A stretch of DNA of 64,000 nt, taken from positions 28,956,001 to 29,020,000 of the forward strand of contig NC_086108.1 in assembly GCF_963921235.1 (NCBI RefSeq), given 5' to 3'. The notes beneath the pieces are model-generated. The model was not told the DNA's origin and did not search any database. It saw only the letters and a list, made by a program, of their open reading frames with translations. The DNA comes from Mobula hypostoma (lineage: Eukaryota). The position numbers were made by a program, and so were the translations under genes. Shown here piece after piece: positions 13,080 to 24,515 of the stretch; the first letter of the stretch is position 1; the number at the start of each line of letters is the position of its first letter.

Positions 13080-14262
13080 TAACTTTCTACTGCTGACCCC
13101 TCCATGAGGACAGGTGCGTGTTCCCTCGACTTACCCTTCCTGAAGTCCACAATCAATTCCTTCGTTTTACTGACATTGGTCTTGTTGCAACAGCACTCAA
13201 TCAGCCAACCTCACTCCTATAAGTCTCCAAGTCACCATCTGAGATTGCGCCAACAGCTGTGTCACTGATGAATTTATAGATTGAAGCTATGACCACTCTA
13301 TTCCAGTTGCTCAGATTTACTGCTGCCTGTTTACCGAGATCTAGTTATCTCGCACTCAACAATCCAGTTCTGTTTATCTCATTAATAATCTAGGTAATAC
13401 ATTTGTCCCACCATGTCACTGAGTAGCTACTTCGTCTATTTAAAAACAAAAATTGCCTGAACAAGCTTTTGAGAACTCATCCTTGAATCACCAGCGATAC
13501 TTTAAATACAGTAGTGACAACTCCTTGACCTGTTGGCACGGCTCCCTCTTTCAGCACAGGATTAATCAGTCTTTCTCCATGCTGAGCATTGGCGGAGAAA
13601 TGCAGGACTTATTCACATGCTGGCAAGAATCCAATCTCAGCCACGCTCGCGGAAAGAAAACAAAGCCTCAGAGAGACTGCCCTGCAAGGCTCGCAGACTT
13701 TATAGACAAACACAGGTTGGCATTGTCCGCTAGCATCTTGCCCTGTCACAGGTACTTTTTCAAACCAAGGCCCCATCTACATTCCCAATTGGGGAAGAAA
13801 AGACACACTGTAGTATTTGCAATATGCTGGGAAAAGTAACCCACCCAACCACCATTAAAATGCATCTGAACCTGTTCTACACCAGTTTGTTTCATACAAG
13901 TTTGCTGCTACTTTTGTCCATAACAGTCTTCAAAAGGCATTCACAAGGTCCTGCAGCCCTTCAGACAATCTCAGGACTTTCAAAGTAACAACAGAAGTCC
14001 AAGTTCTTGTACCATCCTTCACACACAAAAAAAGCAATTCAAACCTCCCCCCCGCCGACCACCCCCAACTCATTTAGAAAGTCTCAGAGACCCTTATGGC
14101 AACAAAGCTTTTTCGACAAATAGTCACTGGTACAATTGGGTCACCTCTAGATTATTAACAATGGGGTTTGCCAGTTTCCTTGACTTCAGGAACTGACCAA
14201 GTATGCATCAAGAGGGATTCACACCAAGAAACAATTAATGCAAAATAAAAGAAATGTAGCAC

Positions 14263-14815
14263 GTGGAGTACTGTGCTCAGTTGTGGTCACCACACTACAG
14301 GAAGAATGTGGAAGCCATAGAAAGGGTGCAGAGGAGATTTACAAGGATGTTGTTTGGATTGGGGAGCATGCCTTATGAAAACAGGTTGAGTGAACTCAGC
14401 CTTTTCTCCTTGAAGCGACGAAGGATGAGAGGTGACTTGATAGAGGAGTATAAGATGATGAGAGGCATTGATCATGTGGATAGTCAGAGGCTTTTTCCCA
14501 GGGCTGAAATGGTTGCCACAAGAGGACACAGGTTTAAGGTGCTGGGGAGTAGGTACAGAGGAGATGTCGGGGTAAGTTGTTTTTTTAAAAAACACAGGCA
14601 GAGAGTGGTGAGTGCGTGGAATGGGCTGCTGGCAACGGTGGTGGAGGCAGATAAGATAGGGTCTTTTAAGAAACATTTAGATAGGTACATGGAGCTTAGT
14701 AATATAGAGGGCTATAGGTAAGCCTAGTAATTTCTAAGGTAGGGACATGTGCGGCACAACTTTGTGGGTCGAAGGGCCTGTATTGTGCTGTAGGTTTTCT
14801 ATGTTTCTATGTTCT
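14263..14815 (+). mobile_element. CR1 LINE 3' fragment
   Basis: ORF 14263..14721 is the CR1 ORF2 C-terminus; tail ttctatgtttctatgttct; same subfamily as 2318-3005. Confidence 0.92.
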
Positions 14816-15114
14816 TGTGTGCTTGCTTCACATATTGAGGAATGTCAGTACCATTTCCTGGTGTCCTTCTTTGTCATCACTCTCCAATTGGTAACCTAAC
14901 TGAACCAAGCAATCGAGCTGGCCAAAAACCACCCATGACTAACATGACAAACCAGTTTTCAAAATCCCACTGCTTCCTGAAGAAAGGCACTCAGGTAATC
15001 TGAGTAACATGTGGCAAATCCAACAACACACCTGAACACAGCATGTTGCGTGGGAGGACAAAACAAAAATGTCAGCAATTCACAAGCGATGTTTCCTTTA
15101 GAAATTATTGTTCT

Positions 15115-16101
15115 CACCTGAAGATCATACATTTACAGGGGAAGAAGTCTAAATGGGAATGCAGAAAATGAATGTTTAGTGACACGCTGCACTTCACAGT
15201 TGTATGTGCTTGAAGCATGTTGTCAACCAGCTGCACGTAGCTTGGTGCTCTGTAGTTGTCAAGGAAATTGTCAACAACATCCTTGAATGCTTTCCATGTG
15301 ATTTTCTCCAGTCCCACTAGAAGTTCTCGAATTGCTTGTCATTGATGACAGGTTTGATTTGTGGACCAACAAAATTGGAGTTAATTTTAACAAAATTTAC
15401 TTGGAGTACTGTGTCCAGTTCTGGTCACCTCACCACAGGAAGGATGTGGAAGCATGGGAAAAAGTACAGAGAAGATTTACCAGGATGCTGCCTGGTTTAG
15501 AGAGTATGCATTATGATCAGAGATTAAGGGAGCTAGGGCTTTACTCTTTGGAGAGGAGACATGATAGAGGTGTACAAGATAATAAGAGGAATAGATAGAG
15601 TGGATAGCCAGCGCTTCTTCCGCAGGGCACCACTGCTCAATACAAGAGGACATGGCTTCAAGGTAAGGGGTGGCAAGTTGACGGGGGATATTAGAGGAAG
15701 GTTTTTTACTTAGAGAGTGGTTGGTGCGTGGAATGCACTGCCTGAGTCAGTGGTGGAGGCAGATACACTAGTGAAGTTTAAGAGACTACTAGACAGGTAT
15801 ATGGAGGAATTTAAGGTGGGGGCTTATATGGGAGGCAGTGTTTGAGGGTCGGCACAACATTGTGGGCCGAAGGGCCTGTACTGTGCTGTACTATTCTATG
15901 TTCTATGTTCTAAAATTGCCTTCCTTAATCTTGGCATCATTATTATTATGACTTGAATTATGAAGTGAAATAAAAATACATTCGATTTCAAAATAATGGT
16001 GCGTAATAGGGAAATTTCATAGTGATTTTCATCATCCAAAACCAAAAATCCATAAGATACACCCAGAAGTATTCAGGAAGCAACATCTTTGTAGTTCAGT
16101 G
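15115..16101 (-). mobile_element. Chapaev3-like DNA transposon relic, split by a CR1 insertion
   Basis: ORF 15114..15317 WKAFKDVVDNFLDNY..SLNIHFLHSHLDFFP. The AKIKEG/FVGPQI motif is split across the CR1. Terminus cagtg at 16097-16101 is followed by TAA. Confidence 0.75.
15378..15911 (+). mobile_element. CR1 LINE 3' fragment with 7-bp TSD
   Basis: LEYCVQFWSPHHRKDVEA; tail (ttctatg)n; TSD aaaattg at 15371-15377 and 15912-15918. Confidence 0.9.
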
Positions 16102-16449
16102 TAATCAGGAACAAACCAACAGAAACTACTCCTGCACATTTATCTAGCACAAACTTGCAAAATCATTTAACTTGTTTTGTAATTTTCCTTGAACATTGAA
16201 AGATCTAATTTTTTTTTACAGAATTCTGCAATAAAAAGATTGAACTACTGCAATATAAAAATAATTCTCAGTGGTTACCATCACAACCACAGGATACCCC
16301 AAAATATTGCACAGTTATTACTTAGTGTAACCATTGATGTAATTTGCTGGCACAGCAAAGGCCTAATAACAGAGGACAACCTGCTCTGGTGGAACTTCAA
16401 ACTGCGTATTACAACAATCCTAACAGGCAGCAGGGGCCTCAGTCTAATG

Positions 16450-16529
16450 CAGGGATTCCCAACCTTTATCATGCCATGGACCCCTACCATTAACCAAGGG
16501 GTCCATGGACCCCAGGTTGGGAACATTCG
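16450..16529. mobile_element. 80-bp hAT-type MITE
   Basis: Ends cagggattcccaacct / aggttgggaac; perfect 8-bp TSD gtctaatg at 16442-16449 and 16530-16537. Confidence 0.85.
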
Positions 16530-17439
16530 GTCTAATGTCAAAGGAGGGAACTTTCATCAGTTGTATACCTTTTCAGAACCACGAGTGTATCAGCCTAGGT
16601 AGGTGCTTGGGTATCAGAGCCAAGAAAGAAGAAATGCTGTTCACCAAATCATGGCCAAAATGTAACCACAAGAATCTGATGCTCTCTGGTACAGGGCCCT
16701 CTTTCAAAAGTCCAGAACTATCAGGCACTTTAACTTGGACAGAGATGTTTTATACACACAGGGAAACGACTAATGTACAGTCTTCCTTCCAAAGGTGACA
16801 GCAGTACAGGAAATTAGTCTATGAAGCAAATGGAAACTTGTGGTCATCTTATTTCCATATGCACTTGGGAAAGATATTTTTGTCACTCGAAGTTATGTCT
16901 GTCCAAAAAAAAAAGGAAAATTGACTTTGGTGCCAATTGGCACTTATTTTTGGAGCAATTATTGAAAGTAAGAAACTTAGCATCTGTCACAGTCACCTCT
17001 TTGTAGCATTAGCTGGAAATTTCCACTTTCAGTGGAACCCTTGGTAATGAAAGAAACACCCACCAAATTAACAATATAGATCATTTTGACAGTTCATTTT
17101 GCACTGGCTGAACAAAGAACACAAGGAATGAAGGCTTTCATAAACAGAAAATCAAAAATTTACAACATTTCATTCAAAAGATTAGGAAAAATGAAAACCA
17201 CACAAAACTAATTTGCCCAAGACTAGTGTGACAAATATAATTCTGGTGGTTAATCTACAGAATAGAAAATAAAGAATCACCTCTTCTTTAGTAAGCACAG
17301 AGTACCTTCCTCGGTAGTCTCTCCAATAATGAATCTATACAGATTATTTAATCAATAAATAAATAAATCTAAATCTCAACATGAAAGGGATGATATATTG
17401 AAATGGTCATGGGACAACAAATGTGAATGGAAAGTCAAC

Positions 17440-18140
17440 TTAAAACAACAAACTGCTGGAGGAACTTAGCATGTAAATCACAAGTATAGAGGCAAAGGAT
17501 TGGTTGACATTTCTGGTCAAAACTGAGAGCGCAGAGGGAAAATGGCTGGCATACAGATGTGAGAGGGAGGGGCGAGGTAAAGGTAGGAATAAATGGAACC
17601 AAAAAAGGGAGGGTGCCAGGAGAGGAAGGGATACAAAAAATGAACAAAGTTCAATAAAGGCCTGATGTTGATTTGTAGGCTACCAAGTGGACTATGAGGT
17701 ATTATACTTCTGTTTACTCTTGGCCTCCTCTAACTCAGCAAGACCAAGCATTTACAAAGCACCAATGGTCCACTCATAATGCTGGCCTTGATTTCCAGTT
17801 ACATTTTTTTCAACACTCCTTCCCATTTCCACACTGACTTGTCTGTCTTTGGTCTTCTCCCCCGCCACAGTGAGGCCAAACACAAATGAGAAAAGCAACC
17901 TCACATGCTGTTTAGACAGCCGACAACTCAATGGTATAAAGATTGAATTTTCCAGTTTAAGGTAACCCACACCCTTGGTGCTCCTTTCCCAGTCCACCTT
18001 TTTTTCTCTCTTCCTTTGTTCACTTTCTCCTATCCCTTTCTCGGCCCTTCATCCCCACTCACTGGCTCCACCAGCATTGGTACCTATCAGCCTCTGTCTC
18101 AGAAACATCAACCATCCCTTTGCCTCCACCGATGTTAGTC
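17440..18140. mobile_element. Old, degenerate Penelope-like inverted composite
   Basis: A minus-oriented terminus (ctgctggaggaacttagc..) is followed by a plus-oriented GIY-YIG C-terminal remnant (..aatggtataaagattgaattttccagttt) and terminus (..tttgcctccaccgatg). Confidence 0.55.
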
Positions 18141-19040
18141 CGCCATCTTGGATGCAGCAGTGCAGCCTGATTATTTCACTATTCTCCGCAATGACAGGAC
18201 AGCTAAGTCTTTTAAAGGCAAAGGAGATGGAGAAAGCTTTATGACCAATTCATCATGGTGCACAGTTCTGCTTATCCGACCTGGAACATCTAGTGGTCAA
18301 GTGCTGTCCATTTTATCTGCCAAGGTAGTTTTCCACCATCATCTTGATAGTGGGGTACATTCTACTTCAGACTAACGTCAGGCAAACACTGGAGGAACTG
18401 AGAAACAATCAGCAGTCATGAAACAGCGCACTGTGATGCTTATCCTATCATTGTGAAGGTTTTCAACCTGGTTAGCTCGAAGAAATCTCTGAACAATTAC
18501 CACCAAAGTATCGCTTGTGGAATCAGAGGAGCCAACACACTGGACCACTGTTATACCACCATCAAGAACGCTTACCGTGCCATCCCTTGCCTGCACTTTG
18601 GAAAGTCTGATCATCTGGTTGTACTTCTACTCCCAGTGTATAGGCAGAGACTAAAGACTAAAGACCACAGCACCAGTGGTGAGGACCAAAATATGGTCAA
18701 GGGAGGTGGAATAGCACTTCCTTTGTGTCTGTGGGCCCGACAACATTCAGAGATTGATCTTTGAGTCTGAATGAATACGCCAGTTGTCACCGACTTCATC
18801 ACCCCGTGTGGATGAGTGTGTGCCTTCAAGAACATACTAGACTTACCCAAACCAAGAGCCATGGATGAACCAGGAATGCTGAGGGCTACATCTGTGGCAT
18901 TCAAGATTGGTGATCTAGAACTATATCAGAAGTCCAGGTATGACCTACAGAAGGCAATTTTAAGGGCGATAGAACAACTCTGATTAAAGTTAGTGAGGAA
19001 TCGGATGCATGTCAGCTGTGGCAGGGTTTGCAGACAATTA

Positions 19041-19757
19041 CAGGTCGACCTTCTATAATCCGGCACCACTGGGACCTGAGGAGTGCCGGATTAGTGAAAA
19101 AGCCGAATTACAGAAGGATCACATTAAGCAATAGCTAACCACCTCATCATACCTTTAAAATATCAAAGGATTCAAAGGTTCATTTAATGTCAGAGAAATC
19201 CTGAAATGCTTTTTCTTCACAACCATCTATGAAAACAGAGGAGTGCCCCAAAGAATGAATAACAGTTAAATATTAGAATGTTAGCAGCAGCGAGCAACAA
19301 TCTCCCCTCCCCACCGGCAAAAAATAAAGCACACCCACTACCAGCACTCAAACGTGAGCTAAGCAATAGCAAAGACACAGACTTGCAGTTACCCCAAAGA
19401 CTACATTGTTCACCCGATAGTTCGACATGCTGCAGGCTCTCTCTCTCCTAATAAAGGAGAAAGAGGTGACTCATGTAAATCAGTACAAGTTAGATAATAA
19501 TGAAACAAATATTAAATGAGTAGCAAGTGAAATGTTAATAAAGTAATATACCGCACAGGAACAGACAAAATAAAGGATACAGGTAAATGTACAGGAATTA
19601 ACTAATACAGAACAGTTGAGCACTTCCGCTTCTAAAGTGAGACGTTTAATATACCTTCAGGCAAAGTTACATGTCTGCAAGTGAGGGGTTGTCAGAAGCA
19701 GAAGTCAGAGAAAGGAGGACTTCTAGACGCCACGTTTCATGTGACCGCCAGGCGGCT

Positions 19758-19790
<33 letters not shown>

Positions 19791-20258
19791 TGCAGTTAAT
19801 GAGGAAAACCTCATTAGTTTCTTTTCCTCTTCTTAATAACATGCTTAAGTTCAGCGGGTCACCAGGTCTCATCTGAGGTCGTAGGCAGAAGAGAACGGAG
19901 CGCCGGTTGGGCGACACTGGAGGGTAGTGCGCGACTGCCGGTAGGCGGGCGAGAAGGTGGACCAACCCAGCGCACGCCACCTCTCCCGCCACTGGCAGGG
20001 GAGACGGGGCAGGTGCCGGGCGGTCGTGCCTCACGCAAATGATATTAATAAATGCTGGAAAACAAGCAGGAATCACCTGTCTATGCTTAGAAGAGGGCAC
20101 CAACACGTGAACAGATCTACTGCAACCAAAACAATGCACAGCAGATTGGTACGGTGGCCAAGAAAATTTGAAATTACCGTTGCTCGGAAAATTTGAAAGC
20201 AGTGCGGATTATCGAAGGAACCGGATTACAGGTAGTCGGATTAGTGAAAGTCAACCTG
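19041..20258. mobile_element. Tc1/mariner-superfamily (Tigger/pogo-like) non-autonomous element containing rDNA
   Basis: TIRs caggtcgaccttctataatccg / cggattagtgaaagtcaacctg; TA at 19039-40 and 20259-60; repeated subterminal cggatta motifs; nested retro-fragment at about 19163-19473. Confidence 0.85.
19705..19881 (-). pseudogene. 28S rRNA 5'-end fragment (dispersed copy), preceded by probable ITS2 end (about 19882-20035)
   Basis: Minus strand: cgacctcagat..gacccgctgaacttaagcat..gaggaaaagaaactaa..gtgaagagggaagagcccagcgccgaatcccc, the conserved 5' end of eukaryotic LSU rRNA. The upstream segment is GC-rich. Confidence 0.9.
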
Positions 20259-23200
20259 TAATTCCTACAAAGCAAAACCTAACATCAAGAATGACAGAGA
20301 TGCTTCTCTCCCAGATGAGCTCAATGTCTTTCATATGCACGCTTTGAAGGGGAGAATAAAACTACACCAATGCAAATCCCAGCAGCATCTGATGATCTCT
20401 GTCTTGGAGGCTGATGTGAGAACGCCTTTCAAGAGAGTGAACCCTCGCAAGGCGTTAGGCCTTGATGGTGTACTTGGTAGGTTCTGAAAACCTGTGCCAA
20501 CCAACTGGCAGGAGTGGTCAAGGACAATCACACCACTGCCCAATAACAGGGTGAGCTGCCTCAACAACTATTGCCCAGTGATACTCACATCTACTATGAT
20601 GATGCGCTTTGGGAGGTTGGTCATGGCTGTCATCAACTCCTACCCAAGCAAGGATCCGGACATGCTGCAATAGGCCTGCAACTGATGCAATCTCATTGAC
20701 TCTCACTCAGCTTTGGATCAGAAGTAGATTAAATGTAATGCCTAATGTTAGTTCTATCAACTGCAGATGAATTAGAAATTGGGCACTGCATACAATAGGC
20801 CAATCTGATGTTCGCTGTCTTACATCAATTCTCTCACAGATCCCTACCTTGTATAGGCACCTTTTCTTCAGCAGAAAGAATGAGAGGTACAGGTAGCAGA
20901 AACCAATAGGGTTATAAAACAAATATAAAATAGAACATATTATAGATTGCTAGGCAAATATAGAAAATACTCTCGGAAAAGAAAGATTAGTTTCAGATTT
21001 TTGTCAATCAGTTATAGCACTGAGGATCAACACCTCCACGTATTTAAAATCTTGCAAAGGCCATGTACCTTGCTCTAATTATGTATAGGATATGTACTTT
21101 GTAATTATGTTTTAGTGGCCACAAATTACTTCAGTAACATTTCCCATTCAAAATTATGTCACCATTCATGCTCTCAAAAGGGAAGTTCCATTTGTGAGGG
21201 GACAAATGACAAACATAACTTTTTTGAATAATCAAATGGCAGAATGTAGGAGATTTAATTTATAAGCCGGTGAGAGTAAAAATAATGAAACTAAAAACAG
21301 ACATCAAGAACATCTGATAAGCTTTTAACCTGGAGGTGGTAGGCAGGTGAGGAAATTGCAAGGTGAAGACCAAAATATCAACAAAGCACCATTCATATAG
21401 GAGCAAATCCCCTTAGATTGGGAAACAACCATTTTGCTTCATTATTAATAAAGAATAAGAGAAAAAATAAACAGAAAATTAAATGAGCTTTAGCATGAAC
21501 TTTCAGAAAGTAAATCAATTCCTAGAAACTAAGAATGACAGCATATTAAAACATAGGTCAAAATCACTGGTATGGCGCTGGTAGCCTTGTGCCTGTGCAT
21601 GGAATCTCCTGCATCTATTAACGGTGTCTACATATTTAAACAAATAGAGACTTTTAGGTGGATTTGTAAGGTTACACTGAACTCACCAAGACAACTTTTT
21701 GAAGATATCACCAGCATAGTTGATGAGGGTGCATCCATGGAGAGAATATTAATATGAACTTTCAGAAAATAAATCTATTCTCAGAAACTAAGAATGAAAG
21801 TATTTTAAAATAGAGGTCTAACTCACTGGTATGGAAGTTGTGATGAAGCACGAGAGTGTGGGGCATTAAAGAATGCACACGCCAGTTGGCTGTACGCACC
21901 ACACTAAATTGGAACCGGCAGTTTTTCACATGACTCAGATGAAGAAACAGAATACAGCCTATCCAGGTTTGCTGGCAAAGCTGTATCAGACATGGATTTA
22001 GAGCAACTGGGAGCAGAAAGTGGCAATGACATTAATAGGTTCCAGCGTAATAGTGAAGACTGTATTTCTAAAGTATTTTAACCACCTTACATGCTGAAAG
22101 GTCTTGAGTTTGTAAAATAAATGCAATGGGTAAAGCAGGCCATGCAAGATTCCTCCAAAAAGATCGGGGCTTTCAATAAAAAAGGAACTAGATACAATGC
22201 TGAAAGTTTGGGGAACTACAGGCCATGGAAACTATAAGAAAGAGTGGAAGAGCAGAACAGAGGGGTTTGGGAACAAAATATATAATGTTGATGGTGAGAA
22301 CAAAAAAAAAGGATAACAAAATAACTCTTTTTTAAACCAGATATGCTGGAGATAGAGATGGAAGGTACGTAACACATAAAAAGTTTTAGTTTGATGCTCT
22401 CTGGGGCACTGGACCCCAGGAAGAATATGTTGGCAGCCATGATACTCAGATAAAAAGATTTAAATAATGAATTATGATAAGCCAGCTTTCTGCTTCCTTT
22501 TACAATTTATCATAATAAGTTTACTCATTGCAACCTGCCCAGGTTTGCCAATAGAAAGACAGCTGGGAAAGTGACCTGCAACACAGGAGCCTACAAAGGG
22601 ACAGGAGGTGGTTGTGAGGAGGCAAGCAGGGTACGATGTGAAGAAAGGTGAGTTTACTCACTTTGGTAGAAAGGAAAAAAAAACAATATTTGAAATGAAA
22701 AACTAGTAAACACCTGTGTAGGGAGAAATCTCAGTGTGATGATTCAGAGATACAGCAAGCAATAAGGTCTTTATTGCAAAGGGTATGGAGTACATATGAA
22801 TGTTGCCATCATGGCCTAGAACATCAGCAAGTATAGAGATGAAGGACTATGCCAGCTCTGCTCTTCAAGGGAAGGTTGACATCTCTTGAAGACAGTGTGA
22901 CAGGGTCATAGGACTGACTGGACAACCTCTCCTATGGCCATGCTTCTCGGGGTCCTATGGTCAATCAGAGATCGAAATGACAGCCATTAAAGGATTTGAT
23001 CAAGACACACACTGCTGGAGGAACTCAGTAGGCCAGGCAGCAGCTATGGAGGGGAATAAACAGTTAATGTTTCTGCCCGAGACCCTTTATCAGTCCCTTC
23101 ACCAAAACTTTGAATAATTAGTGTTAATTAGAATTAGGGCTAAGTTGTTCAGGGGTACTATCAAATAGCACAATGATTCAAAAAGAGGAACACAATGAAT

Positions 23201-24188
23201 AGAAGCAGTGGGGCACCTCGGCCACTGGAATTTGTCCCACAATTCAATATGATTACAGCTGATTTGTCATAGGCCTAAATGCCTCGTCTGTGACAGTTTC
23301 CCCAGGCATCGCAATTCCTTGATCAAAAACATTGAGATGGAATCTAATAAATTTGTAAAAACTGAGGTAGAAATATTTTTGTGAGCTAAGTGTGTTGAGG
23401 TTTATTCCAGCAACAGAGCAAAAATGGAGTTAAGACATCACTGAGCCATGGTCCAGGGCAGACCAGACTCGAGGGGCTGAATGGCCAACTACTGTCACTA
23501 ACCCCAGGTTTACTCATGAGCCAGATCTGCAGAGTGATTGTTGTGGAATCATTGCTGCCCTGTGGTGTATAGAAGGATCACAGTTGTTCACTAAGAATGA
23601 GTAAGATGTACCGTAACAAACAATAGTTACAAGATTTAAAGAGAAAACAGATACCAGAGTAAAGCAGTTTTAACAAAACAGTGTTATGACTCTAAATAGG
23701 GCAGAAAATAACCAAAGAAATAACATGAACAAAACACATGGAACAAAAGTAATTTTCTGCTATGTTGTCCTTATGTCAACTCCACATTCTGCAGGCATTG
23801 TGGATCATTTCCCAGATTCTGTGAAATCAGACAATGCACTGAGTTCAGCAGTCATGCAAACACATGCTCACACCATTACGTACATGTACACAATAGTCTT
23901 GCCTGCCAAGCTACCACAACAAGATGCTGCATCACCACACAGCTTGCTCGGGTGCCAGGACTGAATGTGGGCTGGACCTTTTCCTCTGGAAGGACAACCA
24001 AACCACCCCAACCTCGCAATACTTCACGGGTGCAGAGCTGATCCCTACCCAGCCTTTCTACTTGCAGCTGCTAGAGGAGGAGCAAAAGAGCAGGTTAAAG
24101 CTGCCGTGGAATCCCTTCCCATTTGTGTAGTAACAATGGTTGAAGTTTGAGGCAGGCCCAGGACACAACAAAAACAGCGTCAATCTGT

Positions 24189-24400
24189 TAGCGTTGTGGT
24201 TAGCGCAATGCTATTAAAGCGCCAGCAACCCAGGTTCACTTCCGCCGCTGTCTGTAGGAGCCTGCACGTCATTCCCGTGACCACGTGCGTTTCCTCCAGA
24301 TGCTCCAGTCTTGGTTAGTAGGTTAATTGGTTACATGGGTATAATTGGATGGCGTGGACTCATTGGCTGGAACAGCTTGTTACCATGCTGTGTCTCTAAA
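24189..24400 (+). mobile_element. tRNA-derived SINE
   Basis: A-box-like tagcgttgtggtt, B-box-like ggttcacttcc (24233-24243), core cccgtgaccacgtgcgtttcctcc and an A-rich end. Confidence 0.75.
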
Positions 24401-24447
24401 AAAATTTAAATAGAAAGAGAGTACAAGGTGTCTAAAACGCCCCAGAT

Positions 24448-24515
24448 CAGGAATTGTCAACCTGGGGTCCACGGACTCCTACTGGTCCATGGCATTAAAA
24501 CGTTGGGAAACACTG
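24448..24515. mobile_element. hAT-type MITE, same family as 16450-16529 in opposite orientation
   Basis: cag..ctg ends; TSD ccccagat (24440-24447) / ccctagat (24516-24523). Confidence 0.75.

Larger units (their letters stand above)
18150..20715 (+). mobile_element. Degenerate Rex1/Babar LINE (endonuclease to RT), interrupted by a DNA transposon
   Basis: RGANTLDHCYTTIKNAYRAIPCLHFGKSDHL in ORF 18453..18764. The LINE resumes at about 20261 (attcctacaaagcaaaacc) and continues to LNNY.PV.LTS. Confidence 0.8.

Noticed and set aside
19705..19881. Functional rRNA gene or rDNA array
   Set aside because: Short, mutated and enclosed by transposon TIRs, with no 18S, 5.8S or remaining 28S.
21497..21833. 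Direct repeat of about 80 bp (21497-21574 and 21755-21833)
   Set aside because: A local duplication inside a decayed CR1-like region with no further structure.
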